From Trichoplax sp. H2 (Eukaryota): a DNA stretch of 35,458 nt. Where the stretch lies: positions 868,001 through 903,458 of the forward strand of contig NOWV01000015.1 of NCBI GenBank assembly GCA_003344405.1, in the 5' to 3' direction. Made by a program: the position numbers and the translations under genes. The notes beneath the pieces were generated by a model. The model ran no database searches. It saw nothing but the letters and a program-made list of their open reading frames with translations, and had not been told where the DNA came from. Of the stretch, positions 1-11,446 are shown piece by piece (positions within the stretch are counted from its first letter, which is position 1; each line of letters begins with the position of its first letter).

Positions 1-36
1 ATCGAATTGGCAATGACCTAGTCCATTTCGTTGTCA

Positions 37-159
37 TTAAACGTAAGTTAATTTAAGATGGTGTAATCTTTCTTGTTCCAATAGTCCATTGATGGAATCT
101 GCAACGATTGCATGATCATTGCTATCATTAACCGCCTGAGATATCCAATTAGTGTGGCC
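37..159 (-). pseudogene. Diverged tandem duplicate of the last ~40 codons of G1 (gene fragment)
   Basis: 37-159 aligns without gaps to 191-313 (offset 154). Minus-strand translation GHTNWISQAVNDSNDHAIVADSINGLLEQERLHHLKLTYV* vs G1 GNAYSISRAVDHRDSGAIVADFINEPLEQERLCHPKLTYVQV*. No start codon; not in frame with G1. Confidence 0.8.
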
Positions 160-184
160 TATACCCGGATAGACTGGTATTTAG

Positions 185-2092
185 TTATACTTGCACATAA
201 GTCAGTTTTGGATGGCATAATCTTTCTTGCTCCAGTGGTTCATTAATGAAATCTGCCACGATTGCACCAGAATCTCTATGATCAACAGCACGAGATATCG
301 AATAAGCATTGCCCTCATTAATTATCTTAAGTAAATCACTCGAGTAATAAGCAATAGCATCAAACTGATTCATTTTCCATATGCCGTTTGGTGCGGCAGA
401 GTTGTGCCTACATCGTTCCTGGAAAGGAATAGGTAAATAAAATGATTTTCTCCTTATGGATCTTTTTCTAACATTATCCAATAAATCGTCTGGTAATTGT
501 AATTTGATATCATAATGTAAAACTATTGATTCAAGGTCAACGATACGTGATATAACACCTTCTAATCCAGCTAATAAGGTATAATTGCAATAAGGACTAA
601 GTTGGATGATCTCATGTCGGATGAATAAGCTTCGTTTTAGAATCTCTTTAATCGCTGGATGGATTATTTTGCAATCAATTATGTACAATTTAAAGAAACT
701 ATCACGGCTGCTGTTGTAATATTGATTTAGTCGATGGATAAAGTTGGTAAATAACAAATTAAAAGTCGGACCATAATGTCGATGGTCAAGCATTAAGACT
801 ATATTAACATTAGTTGTTGGATCCCATTGTAGATCACTCAATTGACATAATGTTTGTAAATGCGAAGAGTAAAATAAGTACTCAGAGACTCGCCAAATTC
901 GTTGATTTACTTTCGATTGGATGACTAAGTCAACCAAGTAACGTTTCCCTCTTTGTTGATCAATTTTTTCTTCTATCCCGACAATTTTGAGCAACTTATA
1001 TTGATGCTCTGCTTCATGTTGATTCAATTTATACATAAACTGATTGGCAATTTGATGAGCTAATCCTGGATCGAGTAATCGATTACAATGAATAATATGG
1101 TCGCCATATTGAGTCATGACAGTAAATTTTCCATAAATGCTGTACGGCACTTTAAGTAGAAATTGCATTAGTTGACGATATCGACCGCGAAATCTTTTGC
1201 TAGCGATGACATAGCTAGGATTGCCATAAGTTGACGCAGGTAATGCACCAGTAAGAAAATGTCGTGGCAAAAATGGCAAGGTATGATATCGACTTGAATA
1301 GTTGGCAGGATCGTTATTGCTTGCAAAATCAATCGATTTCTGCTTAGCTGGTTCTTGTTTCTGTGGTAAATATTTCGAGGAAGATTTATCTATCGTAGAC
1401 GGTAAAAGGTAATTGTTTGGATCTGGCATAGAGATAGAATTTCCCTGGATAGGTAGGTAACTACTCTCAGTTTTATTACGAAATTGATATTTCCAACGGA
1501 GTTGAATTAATCCTTCAGGTGCAATCATGGTATATAAGACTTGAATATAATATTTACCAGGTGCAGTTAGCTTCATTTTTTGAGATTCTATCGATGGATA
1601 ATGATTAATAGAGTGTTTTTCCTGTTGCTTAGCTGATTCTTTCGATTGATCATGGTATAGAATTCTAGCTGCATTGGAAGGATTTTTGTTTGTGCTAATC
1701 CATAATTCTGCTTTGCCATCGGTTGTCAGTGAAAAAGTATAATCACTAGTCACAGGTGGATGAATAAATCCAATAATCTTCTGACCATAGCTAGTTCCCA
1801 CCCCTTGCCATTGAAATTGTTGGATAGAGAAACAAGTGGTAGGATGTAATGGAAAAGAATGTAATTGACGTAAATCGCTGATATTATTAACGCAATTACT
1901 ATTAAATTCATAATTCCATTGGTGAACACACAAATGGCCTATGCTAGCTCCGGTCAAGTTTCTCCGCTTACATTGGATGCCTACGATGTATTTTAGAATG
2001 GATTTGGATGGATTTTGACGAAAATAGATGAGAACTGTGTTGAGAATCGATATAACAATGGCAATAAATACACAGAGTCCAAGAAATTTCAT
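185..2092 (-). CDS. G1: B4GALNT3/4-like type II membrane protein (TM + PA14 + degenerate GT-A domain), probably catalytically inactive
   Basis: 635-aa ORF with N-terminal hydrophobic anchor, PA14 signature YGQKIIGFIHPP..YTF...AELWIS, and IEEKID..RGKRY block shared with paralogs. DLH replaced by DIK; WGGED and the C-terminal His cluster are absent. Confidence 0.88.
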   Translation of the reverse strand: MKFLGLCVFIAIVISILNTVLIYFRQNPSKSILKYIVGIQCKRRNLTGASIGHLCVHQWNYEFNSNCVNNISDLRQLHSFPLHPTTCFSIQQFQWQGVGTSYGQKIIGFIHPPVTSDYTFSLTTDGKAELWISTNKNPSNAARILYHDQSKESAKQQEKHSINHYPSIESQKMKLTAPGKYYIQVLYTMIAPEGLIQLRWKYQFRNKTESSYLPIQGNSISMPDPNNYLLPSTIDKSSSKYLPQKQEPAKQKSIDFASNNDPANYSSRYHTLPFLPRHFLTGALPASTYGNPSYVIASKRFRGRYRQLMQFLLKVPYSIYGKFTVMTQYGDHIIHCNRLLDPGLAHQIANQFMYKLNQHEAEHQYKLLKIVGIEEKIDQQRGKRYLVDLVIQSKVNQRIWRVSEYLFYSSHLQTLCQLSDLQWDPTTNVNIVLMLDHRHYGPTFNLLFTNFIHRLNQYYNSSRDSFFKLYIIDCKIIHPAIKEILKRSLFIRHEIIQLSPYCNYTLLAGLEGVISRIVDLESIVLHYDIKLQLPDDLLDNVRKRSIRRKSFYLPIPFQERCRHNSAAPNGIWKMNQFDAIAYYSSDLLKIINEGNAYSISRAVDHRDSGAIVADFINEPLEQERLCHPKLTYVQV

Positions 2093-5000
2093 GATTTGGC
2101 CATTTAAGGATCACTGATCAGAATATCTAATCTGATTATTCCGGATAGTGTTTCATATCCACTTTTAATAGGAAATTCAGAAAGATTGTTTTAATTGTAT
2201 TAGTTAGTAATTCCAGTTGAGTTATGTGTCTTTGTGATCTTAGTTGGGCTCTTTAGGGGATATTTGTCCAATTCTGCTACATAGATTTTATAAGGCTACA
2301 ACATCAATCCTAGAAGATGATTTTTAGAAACTATCATTAAATCGTATTAAGAGATATACTTTATTAACATTTTACTGTAGGAATAACCCTTCAAGCCATT
2401 GTTCTCCCCTTAAATGTTCAAAGGGGTTATGGTAACAGCAAAAGCGGAATTGAAAGTTATTTTTTTAGACTATTTCGTTCGCTTCTTCCGTTGGCGCATC
2501 TGCATTAAATCACCAAGTACTGCCTTAAATAAAGGAGAAAGAATATGGCTACCTGTATACTACTGTATCATCACAATCTAATTTTAAGCATGTACAGTAT
2601 ATAAAAAAGTGCATCGAATATTCCTAATTGTATGTTGCGTAGACCATAAATAAGGTTAAAACTGGACATGTACGAGTATACTCGAAATGTGTCGCGATTT
2701 GCCTTTAAAATGTCTATTGATCATTAATGTCACTGAAAGTAGACATAAAGTAGACATGAGAATTATATCTATCGACAAAAAGTAATTTTTTAGCTAGACT
2801 CGTGGCTTAACTGCGTTAAATATGCAGCACATGCATTAATAGTTTAATCGAAAATCGAAATTGCCATTTCTAATTTAATGTAGCATTGACGATTAGCAAA
2901 TGTTTCACTGCTGCAAGAGAAACAACTCTCATTCACTCTTAAAAAGTCGACGAAAAGAAGCTATCTTTAGCCTCTTTGCTTAACTTAGCCTTACTTTACC
3001 AGCCATGAACCCCTTATGGAGACATAATATCTACTGCGGGTAGTGTCTTCGCAGCATCATTTCAAGCACGTATAGGTTGAAAATAGCGTATCTAACATTC
3101 CTAAATGATCTATGCATCGATCGTAAGCTTAAATTCGTACATTTCTATTAAATAGTCTAAGGGATGAGTGACGTTATTTTAAAATCGGTGGAAAGTACCG
3201 TACTGCAATTAACCTATTGAATTAATTTTATTTAGCTTCTCTAGGCCTTCTAAAATTGACGACTTCGACACTATTTAGGATTTAGGTCCATCAATAATAA
3301 TAAAATATAAGCTAATTTGATGCAAGTATATATAGAAAAATCACGTTTATCATTTCTAAATCTTCTATTGTAAGGAATGTAAGCAAGTTTGAGGATGGAC
3401 ATGCTACTAAGGGATTAGAATGGATATCCATTCTCACAAGTAAAAATATTGGATAGAATTATTGAAGCATAAATGTTAGGGCGGCCTTGAGAGCTCTCTT
3501 TAAATCGAATTACAGTTTTTAAACATTCCTCCTTCATAGGGTTCATTTAGCTTTGTTGAATCGATTTCAGCATAAATAGAGCAATAATGTAAAATCATTT
3601 CTAATAATATCATTGCCAGCTAATTTCATGCATCAATCCTAAATCACATGTTGCACTTAGCGTAAACAAGATTAAAATTAATTTCTTGGAAATGGATATT
3701 TGTGTTGACGAGAAAAAAATTAAGCGGGACCATGTTAATGGAGAAATAGACTAGAGAGTTATTGAAATCGCTTGAGATTCTAATAGTAGCTTGTTCTTTA
3801 GTATTGGTAGTGATATTTCGAGGTAAGATTTACGTCTACCGTACCGTAACTGTATGAAATGGATTATCCATTCGATTTAACATGAACTAGAGCTATATCA
3901 GCTATTTTCCCTGTATTTTAGCAATATGAAATGTATCCATGGATAGAGTTATGACATATGGGAATGAAAGCTATAATTTATTGCAGGTACTAATAGTCAT
4001 TAATTGGTAATTAGAGTATAATATAGACCATTAATCTGAAAACAATATAGTTCAAGGAAAGGCCTCTGACATAAAAATGGCAATGTTTTTAATTTACCAT
4101 TAGTTTTAAAAGAAAATGATCAAAAATTTCACGGTGCATAAAATTCAGTTTAGCTTTAGATTTTACCTGATTGAAACTATGGTAGCAGTTATCCTACTGA
4201 TGGACCAAAAGAAATTTTGATTTTTCTTGCAATTAACACTGGCTTGGAAGAACTTTGTGACAAACTGGAAAGAAAGGGAGTCAACTGGAATCGATAGGTG
4301 TTTTGATTCCGTTTCTGGATTCTACAGTCCTTTCCATCCTTACTATTAAACAATTTTAAACTAGTTTACCAAGCTGTCTTGTCAATTTTACCATAATAAT
4401 AGCTGGATTGCATGATAAGAATGTCAGTAACATGCTTCGACTGCCTCTTACTTTATGAATAACAATTGATAGCTTGGAGCAACATTTTCGCTCTATTGTG
4501 ACTTTCATCTTCAACACTATACCAACGTCAATCAATTAATGGCGGTACGGCATATTAATTTTAACTGAGAAAAAATTGCTTCTGTTTTTCAATTTATCGT
4601 CAATACTTAATTTATCCTATCCACTTGTGCAGTAATGCTCTTCTAGCAAGCAGTATCGTCTTGAGGAAGGATGAGCAGTCGCCATTACCAGCCCTAATAG
4701 ATTAATTTAATAATTTCGACATTGTACATTACCAATTATCGTGATTTAGATACCTTCATTTGAGCTACATTATATTGTTCTCTGAATAATGAGAATAATT
4801 CATGGCTAAAAGGTAAAAAATGACGCAACAAGTTACCTTTCTTCTTCTTATGCTCTACCTTTTCAGCTACTGCCATATTGTTGGCATGACTAGCATTCTG
4901 TATAGAATATGGACATGTTGAACGAAATAATCTGTTTGTTAAAGGACAACGGAAATCAATTTAAGACTATCCTTAATAACAAATAAACTAGCTAGTGATT

Positions 5001-8000
5001 GATTGCTAGTAGAATCATCATAATATGTTATCGCATGCTAATGATGTTATTTTGTGATGATAATGCAATTTTACATTTTTACTCGATATTGGGCCATAGC
5101 AAGTGATAATTGAGCCGAAATAACAACAACATCAAAGGTTTGAATTATGGCCATTCTCATTCTTGACTTGGTGAAGCAGAATCAACAGTTATATCTTTCC
5201 ATAATAATTATAATGCTGGTTTTTACTGCAGGTTTTACTTGATATCGGATTGTAGTAAGTGATCGATTAAGCAGAAATGGGCAATAAGTATGAATGAAAA
5301 CATTGATTGATGGTTCGTAAATATTCGTAACTGATCAAATAAAGTAATCGGTTGCTAATAGAAATCATCATAATATTATTACGTTAATTAAATCCTTCCA
5401 TGATGATCTGGTAGTTGTTCATTTTTTGCCTGATACTGGGCTATGAAAAATAATTAGATGAATTGAGATAATAATAAACTATATTGAGAATAACAATCTA
5501 TCGTAGTTTATTCGTAGTTTTATGAAACTGAATGATTAGTTATGAATAGGGATCGCGATAATACTCGTATTTTCCAACACTAATCATACCATTTGGTTGT
5601 AATAGCGTTATTCCAGATTTTCATTTGTTATTGAATTACGATTTGTTTCGTATGGAATGAATTGAATAAAAATGGCAATAAACAATAATAGGAGTACCAG
5701 TTCATCGTATTTATTAGCTGCTCAGTGAAGTGGATTAAAAACAGATTGACATCTATAGCATGCGAATCAACCTACGAAGTAGCATATTCCAGAAGCGTAT
5801 TCGTTGCCTACTAATGCAATTACAGTTTTAAGTAAAATAAGTTCAGAACGGTTAATAAAGTTTCTGAAAATTATAGAAAGTAAATTTGTTTTGTTATCAG
5901 TAGAATGGAATTGGCAGGAGAACGTTAGCAGCAATAATAAAATAATTTAATTACAACTACTTGCGGATACTTGCAGATACACTCATCTCGTGTACATCGC
6001 ATTAGTCAGTTATTGATGAGATTCTATACATATACGTATAGATGATGGTATTAGCGCCTTAATAATTATTATAATTAATTCATTCATTAATTACTTTCTT
6101 CAAAAGTCCAAAGTCCAGAATTTTCACGCTTTGATGTTATAATGCGAAGCATGAATAAATGCTATTAATGAAAGTCATCATTTACTATACGCATAGAATA
6201 CAGATACACTTAACTACCAGATAGTACAGGTAAACAATCCAAATAGTATTGGCAAAATAATTACAGTTGCTTGATGCTTTATAATGTTAGCCTACGTATA
6301 TTAATTATCAAAAGTCTGATGAATCATTCGCACGGAAAGATGTGCAGGTTCAGTTAGTAATAAATAAATGATTTGGGCTATTGCCTTGACTCACATACTG
6401 TAGTAGGTATATCATGAGATCAGCAGAAGCTATATGAATCTTTCGAAAAAATTCTGTTTAAACTAAGTAATAATAGTTAGTAGTTCTCAAATACAATCAC
6501 TATATACGTTTGCCATTTGCAATAAATTTCAATAGTGCGATTGTAGTATGTGACTATATCAGACAGATAATTATAGTGAGAGTATACTGTAATATTGTTA
6601 AGTTACTGCAAATTCTTAGTGTATGGTGTGATATACAATTCTATTTGCAGCTTTGAAATACCTATGTGGTAATAAATGACCGGTAGAATATACGGGAATT
6701 TTATCAGATAATTGTATCTAATTAACTAACGGTAAATAATATTTCTCAAGTAGTTTATCTACCAGGGCTATACTAACATTCAACGTTTTAATTAATTACA
6801 GTCTTCTTCTCTTGCAGATCTACTAACGTTCTTGGATCTGACCAAGTTAACTACATTAACGATGGTCTTTCATAGCCAGTTAGAAAGTAAGGTGTAGATC
6901 GAAAGTATTTATGGGCCATAAAGTGTAACGTCAATATAGGACGTTTAATGGACTGATTTCTGTTACAATAACGCCTGACATTCCAAATTTCCAGCTTTAA
7001 ATTAGATTAGGTTTTATTGCTGGTAAGATAAGGCGCTAACACAGGATAAATTTTTCATATGTTACACTGCCACGAATACAGTTACACAAGCATAAATAAA
7101 TCAACAAAAATTTTCAACTTGCAATGTCAATAACCAATTACTAGTTTTCAAAACATATCTTTTTTGATACACTGATCAGCAGATTAATTAAATAAGACAA
7201 AATAAATTTTTAATACTGAAATAGGCACTGCATTTATCAGTCTGCCAAATATTCGAAAACTATTTCATCATTAATTGGGGAGTTGGTTATACTTTTCAGT
7301 CTGATGTTCTGAATCCATTGTAGGCTAAATTATAATTCATAAGAATATTGCTATAACCATCTTTTCTGTTCCGCTACAGTTGCTAGCCGTCATTATTAAG
7401 ATCAATTAAGCATTTTAGCATTTTTTTAATTTAAAGAGATTGTACTATATTGGTATTTATAAGGTTTGTACGAATATGGAACAATCAGTCATTCAGATTT
7501 GAGTCGTGTCTTGATATAATTGATATATATTGAAATTTTAAACTACAAAAATGAATATTTTAAGAGTGTTAGTGTGCTATAGGTATAAGATAATTTTGAT
7601 GATAAATCGATGCTGTGAAAAAATTGTAAGTTTAACAAAGTCTATGCTCCCGATTAAAGGAAACAAATCAAAAAATTTGCTAAAAGAACTGAACCAACCG
7701 CCTAGGATGATATCACTGGTGTTATCATTAATATAACCAATGTCATTCCGATCTGATCAATTTAATAATAAGCTATTCTGATAAATTCATAGAGTAGTCA
7801 AGAAAATGTTACAGTGACTCTTATGCTTTATCATGAACAAAATGAGAAGTAAAAAAATTGTGAATTGTAGACGAATAGCGGTTGAATACAGTATTAATAA
7901 AAATATTTACAATGATGTCGTAGAAAATGGAATGAAAAGCTATGATGAGGAAATGACCAATACGTATGTAGACGATACAACCAATTTACACTTTCATCCA

Positions 8001-8019
8001 TATGAGAATTATATGTTTT

Positions 8020-10014
8020 TTAATTTTTCCAATTCAATTTACGATGAAAGAAATGGAACATCCCAGGGTGGCAAAGCCTCTCAATTTCCATTTGATGTTT
8101 TAGTATTCTATCAGCCATTTCAGAATCTTCGCCACCCCATTTAAATTTAAATTTTTCAACTTCCATACCACCAAGAGCATCATAATCACCTTTATAATAG
8201 GCCATAATACCGAATCCATCTCTTTCGTAGAATCCGTTAGGATTGGATAAATTATGCCCACAATATAATCGAACAATAATGGGCATGTAAACACTTCTTT
8301 TTCGAATACATCGTTTGCGAATATTATCTAATAAATCATGAGGGAAATTAATATGTAAATCATACTGTAATACTATACTTTCGGGATCATCGATACTGCG
8401 TATAGCAGTATCCATACCGATCGTTTTAGAGAAATTTTGATAATCTTTATACATAGGTATGACTTTATAATTTTGTAAAGGGCTAGCTTTCAATTCTTTT
8501 AATACATCCAAATTTTCATTAGAATCACGGCCAAAATCAGCAATAATGACACTAAAATGTTTATCGCCAGTTTGGAGGTAGAAATTACTTAATTCTTTGA
8601 TAAAATAACGCACCCAACGTGATTGGCCTTTAACAGCCAAGCAAATATGAACATGGGTAATAGGATTCCAGACCACATCACTGATTAAGCAAAGAATTTG
8701 TGAAACTTTACGATGATAAAAGTACTCGGAGATGCGTTGAATTTTTTGGTTGGTATTATCTTTGACTACCAAATCGAATAAGAGTCGGCTACCGCGACGA
8801 GGATCGACTTTCTCTTCAACGCCAACATTTTCTATTAAGGTATATTGGTTGCGATACTTATCATTTAAAGCTGTCATAAATCGTGCAACAAGTGAATTGG
8901 TGCGTTTTGCACTGGCGATACGATTACATGATCGTAAGCGGTCACGATCAAATATTTTATAATCGAATTTACCTTGGACCATGTGTGCAATTTCTTGTAA
9001 TTTATTGACAGCACCATAAGTGCGTAATCTGGTTTTCTTCGTGACAATGTAAGTGGGTCGAAAGTAGCGACATGTCGGTAAAACAATGAGATTACGATGA
9101 GCTATTTTAGGTATAACATGATAGTTACGACTAAAGTTGCTTTCTGGCTTACGAAATACTTTACTAATGCCAATACCTGGTTTGACAAATCGTTGGACCA
9201 TATGACTAGGTGAATGATATTTCGGTGAACGAGGAAAGAGAGATAAGTAATCTGTATGAATGGCTTGAGGCAAAGATTGAAAACGACCATTAAAATATTT
9301 CCACCTTACTTCAACATATCCCTTGGCTAAGCGTTGACCATGTAATACTTCAACAAAATAAGGCCGATTAGCGTATAAATAAAACCAGCCCGATAATTGT
9401 GTCTCAACCCATTGCCATCTTTTCTCAGGGAATTCGACATCCCACGGTCTTTGCCATGGCTCTACCCAAGCGATCCTTTTGGCTTTGCTTGGTTGAGTAC
9501 CATTACTGAGCCATAACTCGGCAAAACTATTGGTAGTTAAGACAAAGGCATAATAACCATCTTTAGGAGGATGAATATAACCAAATATTCGTTGACCATA
9601 AATTTCAAGATCATAGAAATAGCGAAATTGACTTATAGCATGGCAAACTGAGGGTCGATTGGGGAAATATTTCAATTCACGTAAATCATCGACATCTTCT
9701 ATACAATCGGTAAAATTCTCCCACCGATATAAGCATAATTTCCCTCGGCCACGAGTTTTATCATTAGGATCGATATTACAAGGGCAACCATTTACGTTGT
9801 TGATGTTGTGATTATTGGTATTCTTCTGATAATTATTGTTATCGTTATTGATTTGGTTAATTTCCATTGTAAGATCATGAATCGTTTCAGATTGTATACT
9901 AGATCGTGACGTTGAGAAAAATGGTTTACGCTGATAGATTAATAAAATAGCGAAATCGATCACAGCAGCAAGTTGTAATAATAAAATAAATTTAATCACC
10001 GTACGTTTCATCAT
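8020..10014 (-). CDS. G2: beta-1,4-N-acetylgalactosaminyltransferase 3/4-like (TM + Asn-rich stem + PA14 + GT-A), motifs intact
   Basis: 664-aa ORF with TM anchor, PA14 YGQRIFGYIHPP..YYAF...AELWLS, and ADFG, FSKTIG, YDLHINFP, GFGIMAYYKGD, WGGED (8125-8139), FHFFH. Matches the vertebrate B4GALNT3/4 motif pattern as I recall it. Confidence 0.93.
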   Translation of the reverse strand: MMKRTVIKFILLLQLAAVIDFAILLIYQRKPFFSTSRSSIQSETIHDLTMEINQINNDNNNYQKNTNNHNINNVNGCPCNIDPNDKTRGRGKLCLYRWENFTDCIEDVDDLRELKYFPNRPSVCHAISQFRYFYDLEIYGQRIFGYIHPPKDGYYAFVLTTNSFAELWLSNGTQPSKAKRIAWVEPWQRPWDVEFPEKRWQWVETQLSGWFYLYANRPYFVEVLHGQRLAKGYVEVRWKYFNGRFQSLPQAIHTDYLSLFPRSPKYHSPSHMVQRFVKPGIGISKVFRKPESNFSRNYHVIPKIAHRNLIVLPTCRYFRPTYIVTKKTRLRTYGAVNKLQEIAHMVQGKFDYKIFDRDRLRSCNRIASAKRTNSLVARFMTALNDKYRNQYTLIENVGVEEKVDPRRGSRLLFDLVVKDNTNQKIQRISEYFYHRKVSQILCLISDVVWNPITHVHICLAVKGQSRWVRYFIKELSNFYLQTGDKHFSVIIADFGRDSNENLDVLKELKASPLQNYKVIPMYKDYQNFSKTIGMDTAIRSIDDPESIVLQYDLHINFPHDLLDNIRKRCIRKRSVYMPIIVRLYCGHNLSNPNGFYERDGFGIMAYYKGDYDALGGMEVEKFKFKWGGEDSEMADRILKHQMEIERLCHPGMFHFFHRKLNWKN

Positions 10015-11446
10015 GTCGAATTAAAAGGGTAAGGATTGTAGATTGATTTACTAGTTATTTCTTCGATAGTTTATCTTGGAGATGTTTTATTGGTTGGAAA
10101 TTCTAACCATCGATCAGAACAGTCGATCTCCCCTGCACATCTAACGCTACTTAGCCACAATCAATTGGAATGGACGCTAACCAATTGAAATCGATGGTCC
10201 TTGCTCAATTCGATAACTAGTGGTATTCCCTATCGAAATGCGATCAATCACTGGAATGGAGGGAATAACGATGATGGCTACTGACTCAATCAACTCGAAC
10301 CGACAAGATGATTTCAACATGAGAGTAAATCGTCGTCGCTATGGAAAAGTTGCATGATTCTCATTGCAATGGATGTTATTTCTACTTGATCGAGGGTTTA
10401 CTGCAATAGCGATTGCCGTTAAAATTGGATTTATTAAACTGTTAATCAAGCAGAAATTCTAAATGGCTTACATGATCTAGATGGTACGCATTGATTTACC
10501 ATCGCCATCTTGATCTATTCTATACTGTTGTATGATACATTATGCCAACCAAGCGTCTATCCCCTCTACTTCAACGAATCAACTCCAGCCAGTTGATTAA
10601 CAACAAGATAATCAACAGTAATTGCTGATGCCAACTCGATCATCGACTATAGCAATTGTGACAGTTTAATCGCGTTTTAATAGTGATCAATTTCAACAGC
10701 TAGCGATGAAAGAGGCTTCTATATAATTTAACAAATGATTCAATCGATTGATATCAGCCACAGCCATAGACTAACGACGAGAGGATGCCATGATCGCCAC
10801 TGATCGACGACGATTATTGAAGTTGTAGTAAGGTACTGTCCCGTTCACGATCTCTTTGGACTATAGATGCTAGACGAAGAACGGCTTAGTGATTGGCACT
10901 CCAGCCTCCGCCTATTGATGGTATCCATAATGATTGATTGACTCATTCTTCCTCAGAAAATGGCATTATAGTGTAGATAGTAGTCATGCGGAAACATGCC
11001 TCGGGTTAGGCTAGAAATGGAGATACCTTGATCAGAGATTTGCTTTGATAGGGATAATGGCTGCAATACAACGCTATAGGTGGTCGACTGGACTAGTCGT
11101 CGTCTCTCTTCATCAAAGCTAGTATAGTAATGCATAGTGGTGAAAGCCATGTTTTCGTATTATGGCTACGATTTGTATCGATTGTTCAACAATAGCAAGG
11201 TTCCAAAAACTTCTTCTCCAATTAATTAGCAATTATCCAAAGTCAATAAAGACTTCCCTCTTTCTTGAAGATGACAATCTTCACCTATAGATGATAGAAA
11301 TCAGTATTCGACCACCATGCAATCCACCCATTACAATGCTATATTAGAATACAAGAGTCATTCACTGCTGCAAGATGGCGTCAACGCCAGGTCAAGCACA
11401 TCCCGATGTAGTGGCCACACTTTTGTCTTGCGATCTATACCATAAT

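Noticed and set aside
7551-9290. Short ORFs 7551-7736, 7833-8144, 8100-8294, 8750-8962, 8874-9086, 9102-9290
   Set aside because: Shadow, antisense or alternative frames of G2 or AT-rich flank; no recognisable domains.
9785-9860. Asn-rich tract in G2
   Set aside because: Ordinary low-complexity stem of a type II Golgi enzyme.
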